A stretch of DNA of 64,000 nucleotides from contig JBGPGO010000007.1 in assembly GCA_041483895.1 (NCBI GenBank), positions 64,001 through 128,000 on the forward strand, written 5' to 3'. Position 1 is the first letter of the stretch, and every line of letters begins with the position of its first letter. A program made the position numbers and the translations under genes. Below are positions 19,883 through 31,006 of this stretch, piece by piece. The stretch is from Fimbriimonadia bacterium. GTDB taxonomy: Bacteria; Armatimonadota; Fimbriimonadia; Fimbriimonadales; JABRVX01. The notes beneath the pieces are model-generated. The model saw only the letters and a list, made by a program, of their open reading frames with translations. It did no database searches and was not told the origin of the DNA.

Positions 19883-20747
19883 CAATTTAAACACAGACCC
19901 GCAGGTGGAACGTGGGGCGAAAGATTATCGCACGGATCTGAAACCGATCTGGTGCGCCGGTTGCGGAGACTACGGTGTGGTCAACGCCGTTGTCAAGGCG
20001 TTCATGAAACTGCAAATCGACCCTGAAAAGACCGTCATGGTCGGGGGAATCGGCTGTTCCAGCCGCCTGCCGCTGTTCGTCGCCACCTATGGTTTTCACG
20101 GCGTCCACGGACGCACGCTACCAATCGCGACGGGCGTGAAGGTCGCTCGGCCGGAACTCACCGTTGTCGCTGTCAGCGGGGACGGCGATGGGTACTCGAT
20201 CGGCGCGGGCCATCTGCCCCACGCATGCCGGCGGAACGCGAACATCACCTACATCGTGATGGACAACGCAATCTACGGGCTTACGAAGGGCCAAACTTCG
20301 CCGACGAGCGCACGGAACTTCCTGACGAAATCCACTCCCGAAGGCGCGCTGGAAAACCCGGTGGAGCCGCTGTCGCTGGCGCTTGTCATGGGCGCGACGT
20401 TCGTCGCGCGCGGCTTTTCGAGCCGGCCCAACGAGTTGGCCGACATGATCGCGGAAGGCATTGACCACAAGGGCTTTTCTTGGATCGACGTGTTCAGTCC
20501 CTGCCCGACATTCAACCGGGTCAACACGTTCGACTTCTACAAGGAACGGGTGCAGCCGCTTCCGGACGATCACGACCGGACGGACAAGCTGCATGCATTG
20601 AGCCTGGCCGATGTGGAAGACCCGTATTACTTGGGGGTCTTCTACAAGGTGGACAAGCCTACCTTCGAAGAGGGTATTGATGAGCGAGTCAAGGAACACA
20701 CGGCACAAGGCGTTACACTTGACAAGCTCTTAACTCGATACGCCTAA
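19875..20747 (+). CDS. korB: 2-oxoacid:ferredoxin oxidoreductase beta subunit
   Basis: WCAGCGDYG, GIGCSSR, HGVHGR, TPP motif SGDGDGYSIG..MDNAIYGLTKGQTSPT, SPCPTFN. Confidence 0.93.
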   Translation: MSDNLNTDPQVERGAKDYRTDLKPIWCAGCGDYGVVNAVVKAFMKLQIDPEKTVMVGGIGCSSRLPLFVATYGFHGVHGRTLPIATGVKVARPELTVVAVSGDGDGYSIGAGHLPHACRRNANITYIVMDNAIYGLTKGQTSPTSARNFLTKSTPEGALENPVEPLSLALVMGATFVARGFSSRPNELADMIAEGIDHKGFSWIDVFSPCPTFNRVNTFDFYKERVQPLPDDHDRTDKLHALSLADVEDPYYLGVFYKVDKPTFEEGIDERVKEHTAQGVTLDKLLTRYA

Positions 20748-22159
20748 TGCAGAGCCGCTCCGACTTGGCGGGCCAGCTCGATCCATGGCAACGGGTATAG
20801 GCCGATCACTGCCGTCATCAGAACACAGATTCCAATAGACAGAGACAGCGGGCGAGATACGGTGATCTCCTGGGCTCCTTCCGGCGGCGCGTGGATGTAC
20901 ATGCGCTTTGCGACCACCAGATAGTAATAGAGCGACACCGTACTGGCGATTGCGCCCAGCAGCACCAACCCCCATAACCCGGACTCCATTCCCGCCATGA
21001 ACAGATACCACTTGCCCACGAAACCCGCGAGCGGTGGAATGCCGGCCAGTGAAAGCAGGAAGATCAGGAACGCGAATGCCAATTTTGGCGCGCGGCGGCT
21101 AAGACCGTCGTAGCTAGCGAGCGAATGATCTTCATTGCGCTCCGATACCGAGTAGACGCAGAGGAAGGCGCCCACGTTGGCGAAAGCGTAGAGCAGCAGG
21201 TAGATCGCCACCGCCGTCGTGCCAAGCTGCGTTCCCGCGGCAACGGCGATCAAAATGAATCCGGCGTGCGCGATCCCGGAATAGGCCAGCAGCCTCTTGA
21301 CGTTTGTCTGGACAAGGGCGACCAGGTTTCCCAAGATCAACGTGATGGCCGCCAGCGCGACGATGAGATTGACCCAGCTTGACGACGCCAGTCCGGCGCC
21401 CATGATCAACCAACGCATCAGCGCGACGAATCCGGCTGCCTTCGAGGCGGTGGACAGGAAAGCGGTCACGGGACTTGGCGCGCCCTCATACACGTCCGGC
21501 GCCCACAAATGGAACGGTGCGGCGGCGATCTTGAAGCCGAATGCGCCGATCACAAGCACAACGCCCGCCCATGCGTACGCGGGGACGCTGGTTGCCAGCA
21601 TTCGGTGCAAGGCGTCGTAGCTCGTGGTGCCAACCGCGCCATAGACCCAACTTGCTCCGAAGAGGAGAACCGCCGATGCGGTGCCGGCAGCAGCCAGGAA
21701 TTTGAATGAGGCCTCACCGGAGCGTCGCCGCGACTTGTCGTAGCCAGCCAGGACAAACAGCGGAATCGTGGACAGCTCCAGGCTCAGATAGAGCATCAGC
21801 AGATTGCCCGAGGTCACCATGAACATCATTCCCACGGAGGAAAGCAGCGTGAGCGCGAAGAACTCGCCGCCGTATTTATCGTCGGCCGCAGCAAGGCAGA
21901 CGAGCAGCGCGACCAGCGCGAACAGCGCGCAGAAGAATGCGGAATAGGCGTCCCAAACGAACATGCCGTTCCAAAGGCTGCCCCATCGGTTGGAGGTCGC
22001 GCACAGATAGACAACAACCGCGCAGCCGAGGGCGCTGAGCCATGCGGCGACAGGCAACTTTCCCCGCCGTTCTCCCTGAACCATCTGCGCGATCAGCGGC
22101 ACGAAGCCGAGGCAGGCCATGACAATGTGCGGTCTGAGAAGCCACCAATCTGCGTGCAT
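20744..22159 (-). CDS. nuoN: NADH-quinone oxidoreductase subunit N
   Basis: LYLSLELSTIP, EASFKF, FKIAAAPFHLWAPDVYEGAP, KRLLAYSGIAHAG, SLAGIPPLAGFVGK. Confidence 0.93.
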   Translation of the reverse strand: MHADWWLLRPHIVMACLGFVPLIAQMVQGERRGKLPVAAWLSALGCAVVVYLCATSNRWGSLWNGMFVWDAYSAFFCALFALVALLVCLAAADDKYGGEFFALTLLSSVGMMFMVTSGNLLMLYLSLELSTIPLFVLAGYDKSRRRSGEASFKFLAAAGTASAVLLFGASWVYGAVGTTSYDALHRMLATSVPAYAWAGVVLVIGAFGFKIAAAPFHLWAPDVYEGAPSPVTAFLSTASKAAGFVALMRWLIMGAGLASSSWVNLIVALAAITLILGNLVALVQTNVKRLLAYSGIAHAGFILIAVAAGTQLGTTAVAIYLLLYAFANVGAFLCVYSVSERNEDHSLASYDGLSRRAPKLAFAFLIFLLSLAGIPPLAGFVGKWYLFMAGMESGLWGLVLLGAIASTVSLYYYLVVAKRMYIHAPPEGAQEITVSRPLSLSIGICVLMTAVIGLYPLPWIELARQVGAALH

Positions 22160-22160
22160 A

Positions 22161-23636
22161 TTAGAAACCCACCCCCAGGTTCTTGAGTCCGAAGCTGATA
22201 AGGTCAATGAGCGGCTTTGGGTAGAGGCCCACGACAATCAGGATCGCCGCCAACGCCGTCAATGCCACCCACTCCGGGCCCTTCGCATCCCCGATGTCCG
22301 AATACTTGTCGTTGCGCGGACCGAAGAACACCTTTTGCACCACGCGCAACACATACACCGCAGTAATGACAATGCCGGCCGCCGCAATGGACGTAACCAC
22401 CGGGTGGGATGCGAACGTGCCAAAGAACACAAGAAATTCCGCGATGAAGCCGCTGGTCGCCGGGAGACCGAACGAGGCAAAGCCACCTACGATGAATGCG
22501 ATCGCGATACCCGGCATGATCGTGGCCAGACCGCCCATTGCCGTGATGTCGCGCGTGTGTGTTTTCTCATATACTAACCCGACCAGGGCGAAGAACAGGC
22601 CCGTCATGATCCCATGCGAGAACATCTGCATCACCGCGCCGTTCATGCCGATCGCAGTGAGGCCCCCGATTCCGAGCATCACCACTCCCATATGGCTGAC
22701 GCTGGAATAGGCGATCACATATTTCAGGTCCTTCTGACCCATCGCGGAGAACGCGCCGTATACGATATTGATTGCGGCGATCACACAGACGAATATCATC
22801 ATGTCCGGAGCGGCATGCGGGAACATGCCGATGCAGGTTCGAATGATTCCGTAGGCGCCAAGCTTCATCAGGACGCCGGCGTGCAGCATGGAAACGGCGG
22901 TCGGGGCAGAAGCATGGCCGTCCGGCGACCAGGTATGGAACGGCCAGATGCCGGCCAAGACGCCGAACCCAAGATAGAAGCAAAGGAACAACAGGCGCTG
23001 CAGGTTCGCGGCAATTTGGGATCCGCCTTCGCTAAGCTGGACCAAGTTGAAACTGTGCCGCGGATCAAAATGATAGACGGCGAGGATGCCGGTCAGAATC
23101 AGCGCGCTGCCCAGCATCAGATAGAGGGTCAGCTTCATCGCCGAATATTCTTTCTTGCCGGTTCCCCATACGCCGATCAGGAGATACATCGGCAAGACCG
23201 CGATTTCGTAGAACAGGAACAGGAAGAACAGATCGAGGCTGCAGAAGACGCCGAATACCCCGGTTACCAGGAACAGAAGAAGCGTCAGAAATTCCTTGGA
23301 TCGATTTTCGAGCGTCCACGAAGCGAACACGCCAGTTGTGATGATGATGGCGGTAAGGAGGATCATCGCGATGCTGATCCCATCGGCGCCCAAATGCGCG
23401 TCGATGGAGGTGAAGGGGAGCCAGGGGTATCGCTCTTGGAACTGGAATCCGCCTCTTGAGCCATCATATTGCAAGCACAACGTTATCGATGTGACGAGAG
23501 TGATGATTCCGGCGGATAATGCGATGACGCGGGCCGCGGTCTTTCGCTCCGGCGGCACCATAAGCAACGTGATACACGCGATAAAAGGCGCTAGGCAGGT
23601 GATAGAAAGCAGGTGGCTCGTGAAGAACTCGATCAT
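22161..23636 (-). CDS. nuoM: NADH-quinone oxidoreductase subunit M
   Basis: DLFFLFLFYEIAVLPMY, WPFHTWSPDGHASAP, LMKLGAYG, DLKYVIAYSSVSHMG, GLPATSGFIAEF. Confidence 0.93.
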   Translation of the reverse strand: MIEFFTSHLLSITCLAPFIACITLLMVPPERKTAARVIALSAGIITLVTSITLCLQYDGSRGGFQFQERYPWLPFTSIDAHLGADGISIAMILLTAIIITTGVFASWTLENRSKEFLTLLLFLVTGVFGVFCSLDLFFLFLFYEIAVLPMYLLIGVWGTGKKEYSAMKLTLYLMLGSALILTGILAVYHFDPRHSFNLVQLSEGGSQIAANLQRLLFLCFYLGFGVLAGIWPFHTWSPDGHASAPTAVSMLHAGVLMKLGAYGIIRTCIGMFPHAAPDMMIFVCVIAAINIVYGAFSAMGQKDLKYVIAYSSVSHMGVVMLGIGGLTAIGMNGAVMQMFSHGIMTGLFFALVGLVYEKTHTRDITAMGGLATIMPGIAIAFIVGGFASFGLPATSGFIAEFLVFFGTFASHPVVTSIAAAGIVITAVYVLRVVQKVFFGPRNDKYSDIGDAKGPEWVALTALAAILIVVGLYPKPLIDLISFGLKNLGVGF

Positions 23637-25531
23637 CTCACCCCCACCCAAAGGGCCTCGGGCCGATCGTGCAATTGGAAGATCCATGTCGCCGCCACCG
23701 CACCGAGGACAATTATTGCGATGTAAAACTGCGGTTGGCCGCTTGTCGCGAGCCGGAAAATGCTGCCCAGCGTTCCGCAAATCGCCGCCGTCAGGTTGAC
23801 CATGCCGTCCACCACGTTTCGGTCCACCCAAGCGACAATTCCCGCGAACAGCAGCGACACCCTGGCCACGCCACGCTCATACAGATCATCCCACCACCAT
23901 TTATTGGCAAACAGCGAATAGACAGGCGCCGGCAGCTTTCGCACCGGATCGGCGTCGGTATACCGTCGATACATCCCGATGGCCACCCCGATGCCAAGTA
24001 GGGCAATTGCCAAACTGCCCGCCGCCACCGCAATCGAGAATGCCGGCGGTGTATGGGAAGGAGTTAGAAATTCGGCAAGAGTTTCTCGACCAGGCAGGTT
24101 GATCGCGCCCGCGATCACCGCGAGGATGGCGAGTATGATCAATGGCAGTGTCATGATCGCGGGCGATTCGTGCGCATGCTCCGCGTTTTGCGTACGGGCC
24201 GTGCCACCGAACGTCATGAACCAAAGCCGGAACATATAGAAGGCGGTCAGCCCGGCAACCAGAACGCCGACGCCGAACAAGACCGGGCTCTTGTGCATTG
24301 AGTTGAGCAGTATTTCATCCTTGCTCCAGAAGCCGGAAAGCGGAAAGATGCCCGCGAGGGCAAGCGCGCCGATCAACGTGGTGATCGACGTAATCGGCAT
24401 CTTGCGATGCAGCCCGCCGAGATGCCTCATGTCCTGCGTCTCGTGCGTCGCATGGATGACGCTTCCTGCAGTCAAAAACAGAAGCGCTTTGAAGAAGGCG
24501 TGTGTGCCAAGGTGGAATATGCTGACCGTGACCCCGCCGAGGCCTAGCCCCAGCATCATATATCCAAGTTGACTGATCGTCGAATAGGCGAGGACGCGTT
24601 TGATATCATATTGGACCAGCGCGATGGTTGCGGCCATCAACGCCGTGAAACCTCCCACGATGGCGACCACGTTGAGAGCGACGGGCGATGCCTCATAGAG
24701 GAAATAGAGTCGCGCGACCAAGAACACACCCGCGGCAACCATGGTCGCTGCATGGATCAGCGCCGATACCGGCGTGGGACCCTCCATCGCGTCGGGCAGC
24801 CATACGTGCAGCGGGAACTGCGCGCTCTTCCCCGCCGCTCCGATGAAGATCAGAATGGCGACGGTGGTAAGGAAGGTCGGCAGGGCCCAGAACAGCGGTT
24901 GGAGCGTCCCAGATTCGATCAATTGCCGAATGGCCGCGAGATCAAAGGTCTTTGCCGCCGTGCCGAGGAATACGATGCCGAGCAGCAAGCCCAGGTCGCC
25001 GAAACGAGTGACGATGAACGCCTTTTTCGCCGCGTTTGCCGCCGATGGCTTACGGAACCAGAAGCCAATCAGCAAGTAGGAACAGATGCCGACCAATTCC
25101 CAGAAAATGTAGATCAGCATCAGGTTGTCGGCGATGACGAGCCCCATCATCGCCGCCACGAACATACCCATAAAGACGAAGTACCGGGCGAACCCAGGAT
25201 CGTCTTGCATGTAGCCCATCGAATACAAGATCACGAGGAAGCTGACCGACGACACCACGATCATCATCGTCGCGCTGAGGGGATCGAGTATCGCGCCGGT
25301 GTTGATCGAGAAAGACCCGATTTGGATCCACGTTGTCGCCATGTGAGCGGGGCCGTGCGTCAAGAGTGTCTGAAGCGCCATCAGCGAAAGGACGACATTG
25401 GCGCCGGAGGCAAAAACGACCAGCATCGCCGATACGGGACCATTGGATCGCCGCGGCAGAAACAGGATCGCCGTCAGCAGAGCGGCCAGCGCGGGCAGCG
25501 CCGGGAGGATGCCTATTGCCGTAAACATCAC
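23633..25531 (-). CDS. nuoL: NADH-quinone oxidoreductase subunit L
   Basis: YSMGYM, FWELVGICSYLLIGFW, GKSAQFPLHVWLPDAMEGPTPVSALIHAATMV, HAFFKALLFL, SGFWSKDEIL. Confidence 0.95.
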   Translation of the reverse strand: MMFTAIGILPALPALAALLTAILFLPRRSNGPVSAMLVVFASGANVVLSLMALQTLLTHGPAHMATTWIQIGSFSINTGAILDPLSATMMIVVSSVSFLVILYSMGYMQDDPGFARYFVFMGMFVAAMMGLVIADNLMLIYIFWELVGICSYLLIGFWFRKPSAANAAKKAFIVTRFGDLGLLLGIVFLGTAAKTFDLAAIRQLIESGTLQPLFWALPTFLTTVAILIFIGAAGKSAQFPLHVWLPDAMEGPTPVSALIHAATMVAAGVFLVARLYFLYEASPVALNVVAIVGGFTALMAATIALVQYDIKRVLAYSTISQLGYMMLGLGLGGVTVSIFHLGTHAFFKALLFLTAGSVIHATHETQDMRHLGGLHRKMPITSITTLIGALALAGIFPLSGFWSKDEILLNSMHKSPVLFGVGVLVAGLTAFYMFRLWFMTFGGTARTQNAEHAHESPAIMTLPLIILAILAVIAGAINLPGRETLAEFLTPSHTPPAFSIAVAAGSLAIALLGIGVAIGMYRRYTDADPVRKLPAPVYSLFANKWWWDDLYERGVARVSLLFAGIVAWVDRNVVDGMVNLTAAICGTLGSIFRLATSGQPQFYIAIIVLGAVAATWIFQLHDRPEALWVGVR

Positions 25532-25851
25532 TACCCTCTCATCCTATCCAGCTCATCCAAATCGACGCTGCGGATCTGCCGGAAGATATTCAGGATGATC
25601 GCGAGGGCAACGGCCGCCTCGCACGCCGCTACGAGAATGATGATTGCCACAAAGACCGGGGCTTCGAGACTGTCACTCCACTTATACCGCCAGAAGGACA
25701 GCAGATTGATGTTGGCCGCAGCCAGCATCAACTCAAGCCCGAACAGCACGGCAATCGTGTTTCGACGCGAGATTACGCCGTAGAGTCCGATGCTAAACAG
25801 GCACGTCGCCGCGATCAGCCAGTGCTGGAGCGGTATCGCCTCCATGACCAT
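25531..25851 (-). CDS. nuoK: NADH-quinone oxidoreductase subunit K
   Basis: FSIGLYGVISRRN, ELMLAAANINL, VAACEAAVALAI. Confidence 0.93.
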   Translation of the reverse strand: MVMEAIPLQHWLIAATCLFSIGLYGVISRRNTIAVLFGLELMLAAANINLLSFWRYKWSDSLEAPVFVAIIILVAACEAAVALAIILNIFRQIRSVDLDELDRMRG

Positions 25852-26389
25852 TCTCCTCCATGAGTAGTTCTTTTGATGGGGCGGTTATGCTCCGCCTCTT
25901 TTCCGAGTGGGCCAGGTACACGGCCCCGATCAGCGCGGCGACCAACAACAGCGAAGCGACTTCAAACGGCAGCACGTAGTCGGCCAGAAACGCATTTCCG
26001 ATCGCCTGCGTGATGTCCTCCGACACTCGCGGAATTCGCTCCGGCTGCGCAACCCCCGCAATCCTCGGCAGTGCGAGAATCAGGAACGCGACCGCGGTCG
26101 CAAGCCCGAGGGGCCAGAGGCGGCCCTGCTCCGTTCGCCGCTCGTCCATCACCTCACGGGTCAGCATAAGCACGAACAGGATCAGAATCGGTACCGCGCC
26201 CGCGTAGATCAGCAGTTGGATGACGAACAGCAGGGGGTTGTCGAGCAGCAGGAACAGGCAGGCGACGCCGAGAAAGCAGGGCATCAGCCAGAACCCCGAC
26301 CGTACCAGATTCTTCGACCCAACGACCAACAGGCCGGTGATTAAGACCTCCGCGACCAGGCCGTAGAAGAGAAAGATTTCCGACGTCAT
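25793..26389 (-). CDS. nuoJ: NADH-quinone oxidoreductase subunit J
   Basis: KNLVRSGFWL, QLLIYAGAVPILILFVLML, YVLPFEVASLLLVAALIGA. Confidence 0.93.
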   Translation of the reverse strand: MTSEIFLFYGLVAEVLITGLLVVGSKNLVRSGFWLMPCFLGVACLFLLLDNPLLFVIQLLIYAGAVPILILFVLMLTREVMDERRTEQGRLWPLGLATAVAFLILALPRIAGVAQPERIPRVSEDITQAIGNAFLADYVLPFEVASLLLVAALIGAVYLAHSEKRRSITAPSKELLMEENGHGGDTAPALADRGDVPV

Positions 26390-26931
26390 TCGCTCTCCTC
26401 TTCCTTAGCGCTCTCTTCGCCGGGCTTTGCCTTTGCGGCCGCTTTCTCCTCAGCCTCCTTGGCGAGCCGATAAATCGTCTCTTCGTTGGCGAGCGAGTCC
26501 CCTCCGCCATTCTTCGTCAATGCATGGATGTCCAGCACGCAGCCGTCCCGGTCGTACGTCGCGAACTCGTACTCGGGACCCATGTAGATCGCGTCGAAGG
26601 GACAGGCCTCAACGCATAGATCGCAGAACAGGCACCGGCCGAGGTCCATGGTGAAGATGTCCACGCCCGCGTCGGTCCCCTTCCCCACCTTGCGCATTTG
26701 GAAGACGTCGGTCGGGCATGCCTGCGCACAGAGCGTGCAGCCCACGCAGTTCAGCCGCTGCTTTTCCTCGTTCCACTTGAGATAGAACATCCCACGATAG
26801 CGAGCGCTGACGGGGCGGCGTTGGGTGGGATACTGGATGGTAACCTTTTTCTTAAGCATGTTGCCCATCGTCACGCGCATGCCTTGGAAGAAGCCAAGCA
26901 TGGCAGTCCCGATCGAGGCTACTGTGTTCAA
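26386..26931 (-). CDS. nuoI: NADH-quinone oxidoreductase subunit I
   Basis: VTIQYP, RYRG, CVGCTLCAQACP, CLFCDLCVEACP. Confidence 0.93.
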   Translation of the reverse strand: MNTVASIGTAMLGFFQGMRVTMGNMLKKKVTIQYPTQRRPVSARYRGMFYLKWNEEKQRLNCVGCTLCAQACPTDVFQMRKVGKGTDAGVDIFTMDLGRCLFCDLCVEACPFDAIYMGPEYEFATYDRDGCVLDIHALTKNGGGDSLANEETIYRLAKEAEEKAAAKAKPGEESAKEEESE

Positions 26932-27965
26932 CCCTGGCCCCCGGACTTATAGACAACGACGGCAAACGTCCACACCACGGCCAGAATGCCGGCCGGAACG
27001 AGCAGCTTCCACGCAAAGTTCAGCATTTGGTCAATGCGCACGCGCGGCAGCGTCCATCGGACCCACATCATGACGAGCACGAGGAGGAACGCTTTCGCAA
27101 GAAACCAGAGAGCGCCCCAAATTCCCTGCAGCCCATCCCATCCTCCGAAAAATAGAACGACGGCAAGCGCCGCCGCAAAGAACGTGTTGCCAAACTCCGC
27201 CAGGAAGAAGAAGGCGAAACGCATGCCGGAGTATTCCGTGTTGAAGCCGCTTACCAGCTCCGACTCCGCTTCCGGCAGATCGAATGGCGTCCGGTTGGTC
27301 TCTGCAAGCTGCCCAATGAAATAGATCAGCGCGGCGAAGAACAGTGGGAGGCTAAAGATATGCCACTTCGGCAACGGGAGGAATCCCAAGAAACGCCAAC
27401 TTCCCGACTGGGCATGGACGATGTCCACCGTGCTCAGCGAACCGACATAAAAGACGATGCAAAGGGCGGCGAGCACGACCGGAATCTCATAGCTTATCAG
27501 CTGCGCCGCGGAACGCAGACCGCCGAGCAGAGAATACTTGTTGTTCGTACCCCAGCCGGCCATCAGGATCCCCATGATAGAGATAGTGGACGCGCCGATG
27601 ATGAACAGCAGAGCCAAGCTGAAATCGCTGGCGATCCAACCTTCGCTGAACGGCATGACGGAAAAGATGACGAGCGTCGGGATGAAGACGAAGAACGGTG
27701 CGATCACCATTAGAAACCGGTCGGACTTGGTAGGAATCACATCTTCCTTGATAAGCAGCTTGATCGCGTCGGCCACGGTTTGCAAGATGCCGTAGGGTCC
27801 GGTGCGCATCGGTCCGAGACGGCTCTGGATGAACCCGGCGACCTTTCGCTCCAGATAGACCATCAACAAGACGGTATTCAAAATGAACAGCAGCAAGATG
27901 ACGCCGTGGACGACCGCAAGCATCCAGGGACTGCCGCCGATCAGGGAGTCGATCCAGCCTTTCAC
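26928..27965 (-). CDS. nuoH: NADH-quinone oxidoreductase subunit H
   Basis: YLERKVAGFIQSRLGP, GILQTVADAIKL, NNKYSLLGGLRSAAQLISYE, AETNRTPFDLPEAESELVSGFNTEYSG. Confidence 0.95.
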   Translation of the reverse strand: MKGWIDSLIGGSPWMLAVVHGVILLLFILNTVLLMVYLERKVAGFIQSRLGPMRTGPYGILQTVADAIKLLIKEDVIPTKSDRFLMVIAPFFVFIPTLVIFSVMPFSEGWIASDFSLALLFIIGASTISIMGILMAGWGTNNKYSLLGGLRSAAQLISYEIPVVLAALCIVFYVGSLSTVDIVHAQSGSWRFLGFLPLPKWHIFSLPLFFAALIYFIGQLAETNRTPFDLPEAESELVSGFNTEYSGMRFAFFFLAEFGNTFFAAALAVVLFFGGWDGLQGIWGALWFLAKAFLLVLVMMWVRWTLPRVRIDQMLNFAWKLLVPAGILAVVWTFAVVVYKSGGQG

Positions 27966-29098
27966 CGATCCACCTCGCCAAGCACGATGTCCAAGCTGCC
28001 CAGAATCACGACGACGTCGGCGATCTTGGTGCCAATCGCAAGCTTTCGGAGGACCGTGAGGTTGCAGAAGGACGGCGCCCGGATATGGAGGCGTGTGGGG
28101 TCAGTGCCGCCGTCGCTCCTCATATAGAACGACAGCTCCCCGCGCGGCGATTCGACCTGGGAATAGGCCTCGCCTGCGGGAGCCTTGAGCAGCTTTCCGG
28201 TCTTGGTCAAAATCGGACCTTCCGGCAGCTTTTCGAATACCTGTCGCAAAACTTTGACGCTCTCCCTCATCTCTTGGATGCGCACCCGATATCGCGAGAA
28301 CACATCGCCGCCCGATTCAGTGCAGACTTGAAAGTCGAGATGGTCATACGCCTCGTACGGCCGGAACTTTCGAATGTCGTGACGGATGCCCGATCCGCGA
28401 AGGGTCGGACCGCTCAGCCCATACGAGACAGCCTCGTCCGCCGAGACCACCCCGACGCCCTCCGTTCGGACGCGGAAGATGCGGTTGTTGGTCAGCAATC
28501 GATCGTTCTCGTCCAGCCGCGGCTCCATATAATCGCAAAACTCCAGCACACCCTTGTCCCAGTTCTCCGGCATGTCGGCCGGAAGACCCCCGATGCGCAT
28601 CCAATTGTAGGTAAGCCGCGCGCCGGTGATCTCCTCTAGCAGATCGAGCACGTGCTCCCGTTCTCTAAAGGCGTAGAGAAATACGGTCGTGGCGCCGACG
28701 TCGGACCCAAAGGTGCCGAGGAAGACCAGGTGACTGGCGATTCGGTTCAGCTCCAGCAGTGCGACGCGAAGGTATTGGGCGCGCTCCGGCACTTCGATCC
28801 AAGCCAACCGTTCGACCGCCTGGCAATAAGAGTGGTTGTTCGCAAGCGAGCAGAGATAATCCAAGCGATCGGTGAATGGGATGTAATGGCGATAGGGCCT
28901 GCGCTCGGCAAACTTTTCGATACCGCGGTGCAGATAGCCGATCACCGGATCGCAGTCCACGACCTCTTCGCCGTCCAGAGTCAGGATCAGCCGCAACACC
29001 CCGTGCGTCGAGGGATGCTGCGGACCCATGTTCAGCATCATCCCCTGCGTGATGATCTCGCGGGTTTCCAGCGCGGGTGCGGTCGTCATGGCTTCCAT
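27962..29098 (-). CDS. nuoD: NADH-quinone oxidoreductase subunit D
   Basis: [46 protein letters not shown]. Confidence 0.95.
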   Translation of the reverse strand: MEAMTTAPALETREIITQGMMLNMGPQHPSTHGVLRLILTLDGEEVVDCDPVIGYLHRGIEKFAERRPYRHYIPFTDRLDYLCSLANNHSYCQAVERLAWIEVPERAQYLRVALLELNRIASHLVFLGTFGSDVGATTVFLYAFREREHVLDLLEEITGARLTYNWMRIGGLPADMPENWDKGVLEFCDYMEPRLDENDRLLTNNRIFRVRTEGVGVVSADEAVSYGLSGPTLRGSGIRHDIRKFRPYEAYDHLDFQVCTESGGDVFSRYRVRIQEMRESVKVLRQVFEKLPEGPILTKTGKLLKAPAGEAYSQVESPRGELSFYMRSDGGTDPTRLHIRAPSFCNLTVLRKLAIGTKIADVVVILGSLDIVLGEVDR

Positions 29099-29598
29099 CC
29101 CACCTCATCCACCGGTTGCGGACCATGAAGCGGATCGCCGCTTGGGACCGAAACGTAATCTTTGCGGAACGGGAAGCCCTCCCAGTCATCGGGCAACAGA
29201 ATTCGCCTCAGATCCGGGTGGCCCTCGAATCGAATCCCGAACATATCGAACACTTCCCGCTCGTGCCAATTGAACCCGGGCCACAGATCGGAAGCGGTCG
29301 GGACTACTGGGTCTTCACGCGAGATGGAACAGTGGAGGAGCATCGCATAGCCCTTCTCGATGGAAACAAGCCGATAGACCAAGACAAACTGCTCGCCGGT
29401 ATCGAACGCCGTTAGGTCGGCTGGGAACTTCAAGAGAAGATCATCGCGAGCGAAGGAAAGGAAATCATGCAGCTTGTCCAAAGAAACGGTGAGTCGCGCC
29501 TCGTTATCGACCCATTCCACCCCAGAAATCAGTTCTCCAAACCTCTCTTGGAGAAGAGGAATGTATCCTTGTTCGGTGGGTCGAGTTTCTTCACTCAT
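29086..29598 (-). CDS. nuoC: NADH-quinone oxidoreductase subunit C
   Basis: [43 protein letters not shown]. Confidence 0.94.
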   Translation of the reverse strand: MSEETRPTEQGYIPLLQERFGELISGVEWVDNEARLTVSLDKLHDFLSFARDDLLLKFPADLTAFDTGEQFVLVYRLVSIEKGYAMLLHCSISREDPVVPTASDLWPGFNWHEREVFDMFGIRFEGHPDLRRILLPDDWEGFPFRKDYVSVPSGDPLHGPQPVDEVGWKP

Positions 29599-29605
29599 AC
29601 GTTCG

Positions 29606-30142
29606 TCACTGAACCACAATCGGCTCCAACTGTCTCCTTTTCGCAAGGAACGGCTCTTTTTGAATTCGTTCCTGCAGTTTCATCAGCCCATAAATCAAAT
29701 TTTCCGGCCTCGGCGGGCAGCCGTAGATGTACACGCTGACCGGGATGATCCGATCCACCCCCTTGACGATGGTCTCCGAATCCCGATACGGTCCTCCGGC
29801 GCTTGCGCATCCGCCCATCGCGACGGCATACTTCGGCTCCGGCATCTGATCCCAGAGCCTCTTGATAAGCGGCGCCATTTTTACGCTGACCCATCCCGCG
29901 ACGATCATGACGTCGGCCTGGCGTGGGGTTGCGCGGAACATGATTCCGAAGCGATCCAAATCGTAATGGGAGGCCGCCGTCGCCATCATCTCGATCGCGC
30001 AACAGGACAGGCCGAAACTAAGGGACCACATCGACGACTTGCGCGCCCAATTCAGCACGCTATCCAGCTGGGCGGTAATAATGCTTCCCCCTGGAACGTC
30101 GTGTCGCTGAACGCCGTCCGGAAGCTCCTCTACCGCTCCCAT
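29606..30142 (-). CDS. nuoB: NADH-quinone oxidoreductase subunit B
   Basis: [49 protein letters not shown]. Confidence 0.95.
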   Translation of the reverse strand: MGAVEELPDGVQRHDVPGGSIITAQLDSVLNWARKSSMWSLSFGLSCCAIEMMATAASHYDLDRFGIMFRATPRQADVMIVAGWVSVKMAPLIKRLWDQMPEPKYAVAMGGCASAGGPYRDSETIVKGVDRIIPVSVYIYGCPPRPENLIYGLMKLQERIQKEPFLAKRRQLEPIVVQ

Positions 30143-30486
30143 TCCAGCCCCCCAATCCGCCAAGCGTAAATCAGCCCCGCGACCAGAATCCCTATGAAAA
30201 TTACCGTCTCGACAAACCCATACCAGCCGACCTGCTTGGCGACCAAAGCCACCGGGAAGAGAAACAGCGCCTCCACGTCGAACAGCACGAACATCAGGGC
30301 AAAGATGTAGTAGTGCAGGTTCATCTGCCTCCAGGCCTGGGAAAACGTCGGCGGGCCGCACTCGTACGTCTCCAACTTCTCGGGAGTTGGGTTCGATGGC
30401 CGGAGAAATCGAGAAATGAGCAGCGTCACCGCCATGAAGACGGTTCCGAGGAGAGTGAATGATGTGAAAACGATCAGCATCTTCAT
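30130..30486 (-). CDS. nuoA: NADH-quinone oxidoreductase subunit A (start could be GTG 30507)
   Basis: [38 protein letters not shown]. Confidence 0.93.
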   Translation of the reverse strand: MKMLIVFTSFTLLGTVFMAVTLLISRFLRPSNPTPEKLETYECGPPTFSQAWRQMNLHYYIFALMFVLFDVEALFLFPVALVAKQVGWYGFVETVIFIGILVAGLIYAWRIGGLEWER

Positions 30487-30728
30487 CAGGTAGTACCCCC
30501 GCTTCACCGCAATAGTAGCACATGGGTCCGACCATTTCAGTCTACGTAACAATCTTATGTCATAGAAAACACCGACTTTATCTTGTCAAAGGGAGACGGT
30601 ATATTGATATTGGTAAAAGAAATACGCGCCGGGGGAAGGGCTCCCTGTGGGGAGGCCGATTCTTAGTCAAATGAAGTTCCGTCAGCCTGCTCAATAGGCA
30701 AGTACCGAACCCGGTCGGGAGGTTAATC

Positions 30729-30992
30729 ATGGCCCGACTGATTACGCAAGAGTGCATTGCTTGCGGCCTTTGTGAGCCAGAATGCCCAAACGATGCCATC
30801 TCCTTGGAGGATTCCCTCTACGTCGTCGATAGCTGGCTCTGCACGGAATGCATCGGCTTTTTCGAGACGCCTCAGTGCGGTACGGTCTGCCCCGTGGATT
30901 GCATTGAAGATGACCAGACGGTCCGGGAGACTGAGGCGGAGCTTTGGGAAAAAGCCAAGAGTCTGCACCCGGAAAAGTTTCCCACGGATTAA
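30729..30992 (+). CDS. 2[4Fe-4S] ferredoxin, YfhL family
   Basis: CIACGLCEPECPN and CTECIGFFETPQCGTVCPVDC; RBS GGAGG. Confidence 0.92.
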   Translation: MARLITQECIACGLCEPECPNDAISLEDSLYVVDSWLCTECIGFFETPQCGTVCPVDCIEDDQTVRETEAELWEKAKSLHPEKFPTD

Positions 30993-31006
30993 TACGAGGA
31001 GTAGCC

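Noticed and set aside
30555..30620. Divergent sigma70 promoters between nuoA and the ferredoxin gene
   Set aside because: TTGACA is present on the minus strand (30584-30589) but there is no convincing -10 at canonical spacing.
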